A stretch of DNA of 64,000 bases from Tricharina praecox (Eukaryota), in the NCBI RefSeq assembly GCF_024521635.1, contig NW_026250433.1:310001-374000 (forward strand), in the 5' to 3' direction. Positions within the stretch are counted from its first letter, which is position 1, and each line of letters opens with the position of its first letter. A model generated the notes under the pieces. The model was given only the letters and a program-made list of their open reading frames with translations. It did no database searches and had not been told where the DNA came from. A program made the translations under genes and the position numbers. Shown here piece by piece: positions 13,806 through 26,061 of this stretch.

Positions 13806-15551
13806 CTAGAAGACTGTTCCATCAGACAAAATCATGATCGGGGGCTCCTTGGTGTTCGGTCTGGACACCTCTGCCAGCTCTCGTCCGCCCTGTATCACAC
13901 ATATCCGTCAGATCCGCTCTACAAAACCATCACAGAGGGATTTCAAATTACCTTCCAGGTACCAGCCTCCAGCATCTGCGCCAACTTCAATCCATCGGAA
14001 TCACCGAGTCCGAGCTTCTTGTTGACTTCTTCGAGTAATAGATCCAGGAATCCCAGAGTGGCAGCTCGCCATTCAACGATAACATCGTCGTCTGGAGTGA
14101 ACATCGGAACGACCTCCATGTTCGGCTGACCGGCTTTCTTAGCATTCTCGTTGTATCTGTCGATACCGCGCTTCGTCTGGTTCGGCTTGAGGGTCAACAG
14201 TCCAGTGTCGATGAGCAAGCCGCCGTTCCGGTACTCGGGCAGACCGGTAAGCAGTTGCTCGCCCACGAACATGATACCCATCAGTTTCGACATCGGCACA
14301 AGCAACGAGTACGTGAGCCATTGAGTGAGTTTGTGGAACGGAACGATGCGCTCCCAGCCAGGGGCGGGGGGCATCGAAGAGCATGGCCAAGCATCTCCGA
14401 GGGAAATGCCGTCGAACTGAGTGCGCGACTGAGGCCAAATCGGTGCGAGACCATCCATGAGAACAGACCACAACGTGGGAATGGTAACAATCGGGGTGAC
14501 GCCCGATTTTTTGGTCGTCGGGTGCTGGAGAAGGTAATCTAGACGCGGCAATGTTAGTGCAAATCGCGCCAGCATGTCGATCGGAACGTACCAAGCATAT
14601 TTCCCGGACGTCCGTCCACACCAAAGAGCTGTTGGTTGTCCATCGCCTCTCCAAGTTTGATCAGAAGAGATGACCGTCCTGCTAGACCTTCGATGGGATT
14701 CGCCTCCGAAACTTGAAGTCCAGCAGCGAGTTTCTCCACGGTCAATTGTTTCAGAGCCATGCCTGTTTGTCAATGAGAATGATATACACTAGCAGCTGCT
14801 CCGAGGTTCAACTTACCATCAACCTGATCCTTCTGTCCAGGATTGCTAGAGAACAGTCCGTTGGTGAACATCTCCAAACTAGCAACTGCCAATCCCTCGC
14901 TTCGTCTGTATACCTTACCATTGCTCGCCTTGTACTGCCAGTTGTTTCCAGCTCCTGCATCCAGCAATACGGAGACAAGGAAGAGGTCGAGCAATCGTCT
15001 CGTACGCTCGGTCACGTCGACATCAGCCGGCCATGAGTTCATGAGGTTGTCGATCCTGGGCGTTCCGCCGACATCGAAGTGCTGCCATCGACCGTGGGGA
15101 GGAATGGTTTGGTAATCGGGAGCGTAATCTCTCTGATACGGCGATGTCAGCATACACGTCCACCTCTACATTGCAATCCAAAACCCTTTACCTTGATTAT
15201 AGAAACAACATAATCAGCGACTTCCGGGAACTTTGACATGTCAACGGTAAAGTTGGTCAATTGGTCCTTCAACGCCGCATCGAGCACAAATCTCGACCTC
15301 TGCCGAACGGCGTATATACTCCTCAGGTAGCCGGAGGGATCCAAAGCTGGGTCCGGCGGCGGGGGAAGGTCGGCATCGACAGCTGGGATCGATGGCAACG
15401 ATCCAGTGTATCCCTGAGTGTAAGAAGTGGTAGGAGAGTTCATTGATCCGCTGGCTACTGAAGTTTGAGATCCTTTGCGTCCGCTTCTGCCGATGTGGTC
15501 GTTGTTGATTGAGTTGGCTCTCGACGATGATTTCTTGGAGAACAAGCCCAT
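13806..15551 (-). CDS. URC4: DUF1688 / uracil catabolism protein 4 (Urc4/Urg3 family), multi-exon
   Basis: Motifs IPPHGRWQHF, DLFLVSVLLDAGAG, RSEGLAVASL, GRPGNMLDYL, PFHKLTQWLTYSL, TGLPEYRNGGL, IVEWRA, LAQMLEAGTWKGGRE and C-terminal SDGTVF. Confidence 0.92.
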
Positions 15552-16563
15552 CTTGGCGGTATTTATTGGAAAGCTGCTGCTGCAGTTCTAGCTGTTGATT
15601 TGCTGGCGGATGGCGGGGGAGGCGGCGGGGTCCGACGAAAGCGAGGCGACAGGTGACTGGTTGCCGGAGGCAATTGCGGGCGTGTGATTTGTTGTCTTTG
15701 TTGTTGTCACCTAGTCTTCGATTGGCGGGATGGCGGATTAGCTTTTCTATTGGCGACGGACAGTCTTCGCGTTGATAGATGATGATAGGTAGGATGCAAG
15801 GGGGAAGAGAAGTACTTACACCTCTTACTTACCCAGAACACATCTCAGGGCGCAATCTCAGGGGGTGACTGAGAAGCAGGAAACCCGACGGCGAGCTTGG
15901 TGCACTAGACAGAAACATCAATCGAGCCGTCGCTGGAGCAGTTCGCCCTGGCGGCTGGCAGTTCGTTTTGCCTACGGCGCCGGGCCCGTGCGGGCTGGGG
16001 GTGCTCCAAGGCTAAGTTAGGAGTTACTCGGGTCAGCTATCAACGATCGAATTGGGGGCCACTAGCAGATTGGTGCTAGACGCGTTTTTGTTTTTTTGTT
16101 TAATCGTCGAGGCTGGTGCTAGGCGTAGATTACGCCCAATAAAGGCCTGGCTCGGCAGCGAGTGATGATCCATGACAGTCACACTGGCGGCAATGCCAAC
16201 GACTTACCTAACAGCCTGAAAGAGTGCGGCCACTGTTGGCCCGAACACGAGTCCGCAGAGCGTCCTTCTCGGCCGGAATAGAGCACATGCCCGTCCGAAA
16301 CTCGCGCAGCCGCATCAACGGACTCATCTTCCGTGAGGTTCATCAGGAGACTTCGCGGCTGTTTGGCCGCCGGGTTCGGCAAAGCCAGGAAGAGTCTCGG
16401 GTCGGTGAAGCTGCCGGTCGTCTGTGCCACAGACCCAAGCCGGATAAAGCGCTTGGCGGCCCATCTTGGGCAGCGAATAAGCCTTTAATTCTTCCAAAAT
16501 CCCCGAGTTTCTCATACGTACACGGCTTAATAATGCACGACTCTTTCCTATCCGAAATCATTC

Positions 16564-16596
16564 TTTCCCGATTGGGCTAATTGCCCAATCGGGAAA
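16564..16596. repeat. Perfect 14-bp inverted repeat (hairpin)
   Basis: TTTCCCGATTGGGC-TAATT-GCCCAATCGGGAAA. Confidence 0.9.
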
Positions 16597-17374
16597 TCCA
16601 TCCGAACTTCCATCCGCCGGCTCCATAAAAAGGATCCAACCCGAACTAGGGCTGTGTGGGACCGGCAAGAGCAGCTGTGGAGAGAGACCACCCCCAAAAC
16701 AGTCCAAGCGCGCCCCGATACCCAGAAGCATGGATCGTTCGTCCCGCCGCTCGATGCGAATCCCTTAGATCTGTCACCTCCTCTAGGCCTCTAGCTAACT
16801 TGTTTCTACCGAAGTTCTCCTGGACGCACTCTACTTGGCGCCGCCGGTGAGTGGGGAAGAACCGGGTGACCCGAGCACCAGGCAAAGTCCCCATTGTTTT
16901 TCTTCCTTGTGAATTCGAAGCTCCTTCCATTCTGATGTTTTCACGGGTGGGGTTTTTTTTCTCGCTCAGGTCAATTCGACCTGCCGCTTGTGTTGAACGG
17001 AGATGGAAACGGGTGGGGATTTGGCGCGTTGACATGGAGACATGCAGGTACGGTGCTTATGAACGGAGGGTACTCCACGCTGGCCTGAAGCATATATCCA
17101 CCCGCCTCGTTTCCTCCTCGTTTCTCGGTTGGATGCCATTCTGTTGTCGGCTGGTGGGAGACAGGCTGGGCGTGAATCTGCGTCCGATGCACGGATAAGT
17201 AACTGCCGTTGAGAAACCTGTGGAAACGGGATGGCTCGCTCTGGAGGTCGGTATGTACCAGTACATAATTGCCTCACCATCTCAACATGAAGACTGCCTA
17301 TGAATCTGATGTTATCGGGTAAAGGATTCGGAGCCTGCGCCACAGGTAAGCCATCGAGACCCTGGCCCAAACGC

Positions 17375-17478
17375 ATGAAGACCTGGCTTGAAGGCCTGGC
17401 TTGAAGACTCAGCTTGGAAACTCAGCCTGAAGACTCAGCTTGGAGATTCAGCTTGAAGACTCAGCATGAAGACTCAGC
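17375..17478. repeat. 13-bp minisatellite, 8 copies, consensus TTGAAGACTCAGC
   Basis: Units: atgaagacctggc, ttgaaggcctggc, ttgaagactcagc, ttggaaactcagc, ctgaagactcagc, ttggagattcagc, ttgaagactcagc, atgaagactcagc. Confidence 0.93.
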
Positions 17479-19021
17479 AGGCAGACAACAATCCTTGTTC
17501 CTGAGTCCATCTTCTCTGGGAAGTCCATCACTACGATCAAGCGAACACCGAAACTATGGGTGCACAAGCTCCGGGTTTCTTTGCCGATACCACGGACTCC
17601 TGGCCAATGGAAGAGGAAGGTCACGGGTGGAGGATCCTCAGTCTGCATGAGCCCTTTAGGGGTTCCATAACCCCCTTTCCTCCACCACATCAGGAAACTC
17701 TCGGCACATCAACGTGCAGCATGTTGGCAGTATTTTGTTTGAGTGTGGGGGTGTCCGGTAAACTGTGGCGGGTGGTTATTGTGGTTCGCGCATCTATGCC
17801 ACAGTACTTGGCTACAGTTACTGGCTCTGTACTCTACATTTGACCGTGATACATATGGGCTGGAGTGGAAGTTGTCTGCTTGCGAGTCCCAGCCCTAACT
17901 CTGCCATCTCCATTGACCGACTACATTCAGGGGTAGGGCATGCAGGTTATTCGGTCCTGGAAAGCAGTGTGTGCTCTAGTGGAAGCTTTAACTTGGATCC
18001 GGACGTGGGTCTAGTTATCTGCGCAATCATACTTTACTTGACTGTTCCTGCATATCCAAGATCATCCGGGAAGCCCGGCGAGGACTGTGAAAATCCGGCT
18101 CGTGACGGCTTACCGGTATCCGTTGTTGTAGGAGATCTCCGGAATACGCGTACAAGATAGGCTTGATTCGTGGAATCCGAGATGCGGAATGCTAAACTGT
18201 GAGCTGACATTTCGGTGGCACTCATAAACCTGTTGTAGTCACAATAAGTAACTGATCGCCCGTCAAATATCATCACCGGCTTCTAGAGCGTTCTTTACGC
18301 ACCTCTCAGCCAGAACTTCCTCATAGACTTGCACTCGCAGTAAGGGCCCCCATGACGTAGACAACTAGCGTCAGCTCTGTGTCCATCGAGTCCATCACGG
18401 CTGAGTTCGATGGAAAGTTCGTATGGAAGAGCAGCACGAACTTTGAATGCATTTGGGGGAGACTTCTGATTTCCATGAGTTTACCTGGAAGGAGAGCATA
18501 GAATGGGACGCTGGAAAATGGACCTATGTTTAGGTAGATATCACGTACTTTCTCGTGTCACGAGCACATCTGATCAGGTACCAAACACAAGCCACCTGTA
18601 ATTCTAGCTTGCAGAGGAAGGGGAGTACATACCACGCGCTTTTCTTATCCTAACCTCACTTCCCCACCATCTTGCATCGCCATCACCGCCCTGCCGGCCC
18701 TTCACCAGCAAACAAACTCGCCCGTTGGCTGCCTGCGCTTTCAACTATTTCTTTCACACATCAAACCCGCTGAGCGGCTTTTGTCAGGATCACTCTAACC
18801 TTTTTTCCCTCTCGTTCTTAATTCAAAGCCCCTTGGCTGCACCGCCGCAACGTCAACTCGCCGCGCGTGCTGAGCCCCATCACAAACCCGCTACCGCATC
18901 CAGGCACTCTCACATCCCTGCTCAACTTGTTGGACGGACATCATCCACAGAAACGTAATCCAACGATCGAGCAACATCTACATGCCCCTGGACTTTTGCT
19001 TGTACCGTTCTTCATGCAAAC

Positions 19022-22000
19022 ATGGCCGACGAAGAAGAACTCCCTCCGGTATGCAAGCTCAACCTTTAAGATCTGAAAGTTTAGGTGGACTTCCTTTCTA
19101 AATTCTAGGGTTTACAGGCGTCCGTGTCGACCCTTCGCTCGCGATTCGAACAACTAGCTACCAGCAAACATCCGGTCACCCCTCCGACGGTACCGGAGCA
19201 ATCCGCACCCTTTCTGAGGCCCTCTCGTACCGGCGCGGACCCCTTTACGCCCGACTGCCCCGGTGGATTTACTGCACGGACGTCGTCGTACGCTTCGGAT
19301 GATGGATCTTCATCTTCGTACGGGGGTGCTACCTCCAAGCAGGACGACCAGTATCGAAGCAACACCCTTCCTCGCGGTCACCACTCGTCCCGTCAGCGCC
19401 CGGTTTCCGTATACAGCACCTTTGCTCCTCCGCGTTCGCCGCCGTCGTTTCGCGTCGACTCACCGCGCTCACCAAAACCTCTGAACCTCGACGTCCCCGG
19501 GGGAGCGCCGGACAATATTTTAGGGACGTTGGCGTCCAGTGGACCACTGCAACATGGACCACCTATACAACCACCGAGTCGGCCTACCTCTCCGGCACCA
19601 AAATTCCGTACTGGTAGGACCCCGCCGCCGCCGCCACCTCCACCGCCGCTGCCGCCACCAGTCTCCCCAAGGCTTCGACCGAAATCTACCAGCTACATGT
19701 TGGATCAGGCTAGCGGGACAATAAGGAATATGGGGGGAGAAGTACATCGGAGGCAGCTCAGTCCTGCAGCCCAAATGTTCCCAGATCGCGGCGGACCAAG
19801 CACGGATAGTGACCGGTCCCTGCCAGTACCGCACTCCGAGCGGCCACGAGAACCACCCCCGGTACCACAACGGACGACCAAACCCAAGATTCCAAGTAGA
19901 CCTAGCAACACACAGCGTCCGGAAACTCCTTTTACAAATGCGTTGGCACCAGCAGTAACTGGGGGTGACCGTGCATCACCATTCAGCACCCCGCCATCGA
20001 GCGCTAATAATTCTCCGAATCGGTCGGACACCGAGTCAGCACCCAGAGTTCAGCCGCTGCCGCGAAAACTAAACGTGCAGGCTCATAACCTTCCGCCGCC
20101 GCCTCCTCCACCCATACCTCCTCTGCCTACTTCATTCGCTGGAGCGGGAGGTCCGTCGAAAGCTCGGAATGCCGTCGCACCGCCACCGCCTAGGATGTCG
20201 ATCGAGATGGTTCGGCCCAGGATGAGAGTGGAGGACTCTGTCAAGGGCCAGCGGATGTCTCTCGACGATGCAGGATCCAGGCCGCAACTACCACCCAGGC
20301 CAATGGGATTGATCGGAGGCGTTAGAGCTCGAGTTTCGCGCGGTCGCAGCCATTCGCCCCCGCGGCCTCCCACGATTGATCCTGCGAGCGCCTCAAGCTA
20401 CTTGCCTCCACCAAAGCGTGGCTTGGGAAGCATGAAAGCTAAATCGCCAATCCGGGATGTTTCCGGATCATTCGCGCAAGGCGAGGACAGCTATCCAGCA
20501 TCCGGATATGGCGATGACTCGGACGACGGTGGTGCTGACGATTCCTCTAAACTGAGTGATTATCCGGATTCCTCTCAAGCAAATCGCCGGAGACCTTACT
20601 TCAAGAGAGGGCCCTCCGAGATACCGAGCAAGAGCGACGTCAAAATGTTTGCTGTCTGCGGTCAATATGTATGCACAATCAGCCACTCGACGAAAGTTTG
20701 GGACGTTGACACTGGGCGTTGCATCATGGCTCTACAGCACGGCGAAGGCGTCAGGGTAACAGCGCTGGCCTTTAAGCCGTCCGCGGACGTGGAAAGTGAA
20801 GGGGCCGCGCTCTGGCTTGGTACTTCCCACGGCGAACTGATGGAGGTGGATATTGCGTCACACCGGGTAGTGGAATCACGGACCAGTGCCCACACCAAGA
20901 AGGAGATTGTCAAGATACACCGCTCCGGATTCCAACTGTGGTCTCTCGACGATGGTGGGAAGCTCCAAGTTTGGGGACCGGATGTGAACGGCGCGCCGAA
21001 CCTGAGGAACTCGCCTATCACTTTCAGAATAAATCCCCGCCATTCGTGCTCGATTGTTGTCGACGGGTATCTGTGGGTAGGCTCGGGAAAGAATGTCGAT
21101 GTCTATCAGCCCAGCACGGACTCCTCGACTATTTTCAATGTGTCTTCACGGCAGCTTACGGCGACAAAACCCGCCGGCGATATCACCTGCGGAGCCATCG
21201 TCAACAGCCAGCCAGACCATGTGTATTTTGGCCACTCGGACGGCAAGGTGTCCATCTATTCAAAGAACCCCCTCACGTGTGTTGACGTTGTGAGTGTATC
21301 GCTATACAAAATCAACTCGATGACCGGTGTGGGAGATTTCCTCTGGGCTGGCTTCAAGACGGGGATGGTGTACATATACGATGTCCGAACAAAGCCATGG
21401 CTGGCTAAAAAGGACTGGCAATGTTCGGTTGGACCGATCATGGAGGTGGTAGCGGATTGGACCAGTGTTTGGAAGAATGGCAGATTACAAGTCGTAAGCC
21501 TAGGAGCCGACAACGTCATACGGATCTGGGATGGTATGCTGGAAGACGACCACCTCGAGACCGAGATGCAACGAAGAGATGTCGAGTTCTGCAGCTTCCG
21601 CGAGATCAAGACGCTTGTCTGCACCTGGAATGCTGGCGCCTCGAAGCCCCAGGATTTGTTGTCCAGAGAAACCGACAAGGTGTTCCTGCAGAATGTGTTG
21701 CATAGTGTTGACTCTCCGGATATCATAGTATTTGGTTTCCAAGAGCTGGTGGATCTGGAAGATAAGAAGATTACGGCCAGTGCGTTTCCCCTTCTTTTCA
21801 CGTGTGGCATGCGGTGGTCTGATTGTGACGTGCAGAGACCTTCCTAAAGAAGAGCAAGAAGAAGAAACAAGCCGACCATCAGGAACGAATGTCACACCAG
21901 TACAGGCTGTGGCAGCAGCAACTGACGAAATCCCTTGAAACCCATATGCCGCGGGATCAGCCATACATCCTCCTGCATGCGGCGAATCTGGTCGGTCTCT

Positions 22001-23019
22001 TCACTTGTATTTTTATCAAAGCGTCGGAAAAGAACAACATCACAAATATCGCGGCTTCCACTGTGAAACGAGGGTTGGGTGGTCTTCACGGCAACAAGGT
22101 AAGACGCGAAGGGCTTGTGTTTCACTGGGGGGATCGGTTGTACTGACATTCTGATCATAGGGTGCACTCATTGTGCGGTTCTTCCTCGACGATAGCTCGC
22201 TATGTTTCATCAATTGCCATCTCGCTGCTGGACAGTCCCATACCATATCCCGTAATAACGACATAGCAGCAATCCTAGAGTCAAACTCCCTGCCTCTCGA
22301 GATCTCAGGGAGCGCACGATCAGACATGTTTGTCGGCGGTGGTGACGGCTCCATGATTCTCGATCACGAAATCTGCATCCTCAATGGTGATCTCAATTAC
22401 CGTATCGACCACGGCCGGGATTCTATCATCAACAGAGTCAAAAACAATGACCTGGGCCCACTCTTGGAACGCGATCAACTTCTTGTGGAGAGGAAGAAGA
22501 ACCCTGGATTCAGACTGCGCGTGTTCCAAGAGGGAATGATTACATTCCAGCCAACCTACAAGTACGACGTGGGATCGGATACCTATGACTCCTCGGAGAA
22601 GAAGCGCAGTCCGGCATGGTGTGATCGACTCCTCTATCGTGGTCTGGCGAACATCAAGCAGGTTCAATACCGCCGCTGGGAGGTCAAGGCGAGTGATCAC
22701 AGACCTGTCAGCGGCGTGTTCCATATCCGAGTCAAAACCATCGATGCTGCGAGAAGAGAATGGGTTTGGAGCAAATGTGTCGAGGACTATGAACAAGTTA
22801 GAGCTAAACACATCATGGATGCCAAGTGAGTTCCTCCCCTCCCGGTCCCCACTCTCTGGTTTCCGGGAACAGATAGGACTAACGTGTCATTCAACCAGGT
22901 TGGAATACTTGGTTCGTGTTTATGGCTATGGAGTGGATGAAGCTCAGAGGACCTTGCGCAGCAAGGGAGAGATCATCGACGCAGTTCGAACTCTGGGAGA
23001 GAGTTACCAGCAACGCTGA
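19022..23019 (+). CDS. Inositol polyphosphate 5-phosphatase with Pro-rich N-terminus and WD40-like beta-propeller, multi-exon
   Basis: Short first exon MADEEELPP with GTATGC donor. Catalytic-domain motifs TWNAGA, FGFQELVDL, GLHGNKGA, CFINCHLAAGQ, NGDLNYRI, PTYKYD, KKRSPAWCDRLLY, SDHRPV. Confidence 0.93.
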
Positions 23020-23622
23020 GTTGAGTTGAGTTGGGATGTTTGGTTGCTTCATTCTGTTTCATTCTGTCTTCTGTCTTCTGGTCCTGTTTATCTTACCGGT
23101 ACGGAGTAATCAGCGGGGTTTCTTGTTTTTGAGAATTCTTTTCATCATATAGCTTTGGCGGATTATTTCTTCGTCGTTGCTGGTTTCTTTCTTCCACCTT
23201 TCCGTCCTACACGCACACACTCATACGCACACTACCTACATACACATAGATGATCACGACGATGATTGATGATATACCCTAGCCCTTAATGTTTTTTTAC
23301 TTGTACTTACCGCTTCGTTTGTTGAGCTTTCCTGAGGAGGAGAATATTGGATTAATTGGATGTTTCTGAGGAGGGGCGTGAATTAGTGGTATAGACGTGG
23401 CGGATATCTAGACGAATCGAGAGGTTTTGGACTCGGGTGCTGTACTTTAGGTGATATCTTGTGATGCTGAAGATCATTGAAGAGACGTTTTCCCATTTTG
23501 TAAGATGTTCGAGTACCAGTGCCAGAAGTCCCTTCCAATCGAATCTCTTCTCGCTATATAGAGTAAATTGGGTGTAGAAAACAAATAACGCCCCCAAAAC
23601 CCAGCCCAGCCAACCCAAACTT

Positions 23623-24323
23623 TTAATTCTCGCCCATCTCCATCTCCACATCTACAACCTCGACCTCCTTCCCCTTCCCCTCCTCGAGCTTTTCGCCAGC
23701 AGCGACTCTAAACTCCTCCTCGCCGTCAACACTGCCCTTGATCACCTCCTCGAGCCCCTCGCAGTGTCCCAGCAACCAGTCCACAACCTCGCCCTTCTCG
23801 TTCGCCTCCGCCTCGAACACCGCATCGTGCCCGGCCGCATTCGTAATAGTCGGGTCGGCGTTCGCGGCCATCACCAGCGTCTGCACAACCGGCAGGTGCC
23901 CATTGAGCGCCGCCCAGTGCAGCGGCGTGTTTCCGGCCGAGTTCTTCTGCGACAGCAGCTCGTGCGGCGGCGCATCGGGCGCAACCGGCGCCAGCAGCAG
24001 TGAGAGGATTTTCTTGGTCAGTTCTGTTCGTTCCCCACCACACCCCAAAGATTAGCGTTCCTTCCTTTCCCCCACTATGTAACATGTACGAAACGGATAA
24101 GAGGGCGCGAACCGAGGTGTCCGTTCCCGCACGTCATGTGCAGGACATTGTTCTGCGAGTGCTCGTCCCTTGCGGCGAGCAGGATCTCGGCGTCCGTGAG
24201 TCCCGGGAGGGCCGCTTTGGTTTCCGAGAGCGCCTGCACGAAGTCGGCGGTCTCGCCGGCTCGCGCGAAGTACAGGAGGTCTTCGGTTTGGTCTTCGGTG
24301 GGCTGGGGCGGTTGCGGAGTCAT
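23623..24323 (-). CDS. YAR1: Ankyrin-repeat protein Yar1 (Rps3 chaperone), 2 exons
   Basis: DLLYFARAGE...NNVLHMTCGNGHL / NSAGNTPLHWAALNGHL...ADPTITNAAGHDAVFEAE followed by an acidic tail. Confidence 0.85.
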
Positions 24324-24898
24324 GGCTGCGAGTATGTAGTGGTGGGCGGTGGAAATTTGGTGAGATGCGGCGGTGAGGTGGAAAACTATGAGTGTCGAAC
24401 TTTGAACTTTGAACTTTGGTGGGGGGGGCGCTGCGCGCTAGGATTAGAGTATTTGATGAGAGCTTGTTTATGCTGGTGCTGTGGATATCGCCGTCTCACT
24501 CGCTCCTGCGACTCGACCACTCGGAACACGGAGGGCGGAAATCATCTATTTGCATAGGGCTGCGAGTCTTCAAATGTAGAGTGGATTGTAGTAGACTGTT
24601 TCGAAAAGCAAACAACGCCGAAACTGTGTGCCAGAGGCAAGCAAGTAGAGAGAGATACATAGAGATGATGAGAAAGGGAATGAAGGAATAAAGTAGCAAA
24701 AAAAAATGAATTAGACCCTGTAAACCCAACACCGGACGACGAGCAAGCACCCATGCAAAGACAGAGCCGGACTGTCATCAAAGAAAGAAGAAGCACATCT
24801 AACGCCCATTCGCAGACTCACGCCCATGCTCCACATGTCCCCGTGTTATACAGAACCACAAACCCCTCTTGCAAACAAACAGGTGCAGGGCCATATAC

Positions 24899-25714
24899 TC
24901 AGTCCTTCAACCAGGCCTTCCGTTTCTCTTCCTTACGTAACTTCCGCTTCTCCTTGAACTCCTTCAGTTCCCTCTTGCTGAGCTTCCTCGTCTGGCGTTC
25001 AGCCTTGAGACTCTTTCCGTCGTGACTATTGGCCGCCGCGTCGACGTCAAAATAGAACTCCATCTGCCTCTTCGACTTGTGCTCATCATTGAAATTCTCC
25101 GGCACAAGCTTGGAAGCCGATGGCGTGAACTTTCCCGTGAAGCGGTTGAACGCCGCAGTCACGGTGTAGTCACCGGCCTGCGCGTTGGGGTTCTCGCGGG
25201 GCTGCGCATACGGTGCTGTCGGGTCGTAGTCTCCGTGTATTGCGGGGTTGTACTGCAGTGGATCAAGGTATGCCGCCGCAGAAGCGGGATCGTCGGGGTC
25301 GTCGGGAATTGCTGCGCTGCTGCTGTCGGCGACTGCAGCTAGAATAGCTGGTGTTGCGTCTGGCACCCGCGGGTTTGTCCACGTTGTCTCCTCTGTGATC
25401 GAATTGTAGAAGTAATAGGAGCCGTAGGTGGCATCCCACACCGGTTGCCATCCGTCATCGCCTTCTTCCAGTGAGTCTCCTGGGGGTGGGCCGGGTGGCA
25501 GTGGCGGAGTCTCTTCTTCCCCTTCCTCCTTCTCGTCGTCGGTGGCCGCAGCCTCATCTGCCGCTAAGTCGGGGACCGCCTCGGCATTGTTGTCTTCAGA
25601 AACGGTCTCTACCACCGTCGTCGCAGATGTCTCCTTGGAGGGAAGTGGTGGGTCCTCCAGTGCCTCTTTCGGTTCGTCCGGAAGCTGTGGTACGGAGGCG
25701 ACTGGCGAGGACAT
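24899..25714 (-). CDS. Conserved fungal WW-domain protein with basic C-terminus
   Basis: WW motif GWQPVWDATYGSYYFYNSITEETTWTNP; AFNRFTGKF; K/R-rich tail ending KAWLKD. Confidence 0.88.
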   Translation of the reverse strand: MSSPVASVPQLPDEPKEALEDPPLPSKETSATTVVETVSEDNNAEAVPDLAADEAAATDDEKEEGEEETPPLPPGPPPGDSLEEGDDGWQPVWDATYGSYYFYNSITEETTWTNPRVPDATPAILAAVADSSSAAIPDDPDDPASAAAYLDPLQYNPAIHGDYDPTAPYAQPRENPNAQAGDYTVTAAFNRFTGKFTPSASKLVPENFNDEHKSKRQMEFYFDVDAAANSHDGKSLKAERQTRKLSKRELKEFKEKRKLRKEEKRKAWLKD

Positions 25715-26061
25715 TGCTATTCCGGACTCTGATTTTCGATGTGTAGGGTGGGACTATGCGTAGTTGGTTGGTCGGTCGTATGTTTCGTTGAATGCAAAGA
25801 GTTCGGCGTGTGCGGAAGATAGATCTGGGTAGTAGAGGATGCTTGGTTCCGTTTATGCATCTGCTACAAATACCGAACGAGCAAGCAACTCGAAACCAGC
25901 AATGCTCGGCTTAAATTGGCTTGGCTCACGTGCGTGGAATGCGGCTCTGTCGCTCACTTGTCTTTTTGTGCCTTTTTTTTTCTTCGCGTCCGACAATCCT
26001 CTATAAAACCTCACCCACCAGACGATCCACCACATCTTCCATCTCCCCCACAACCGCCATC

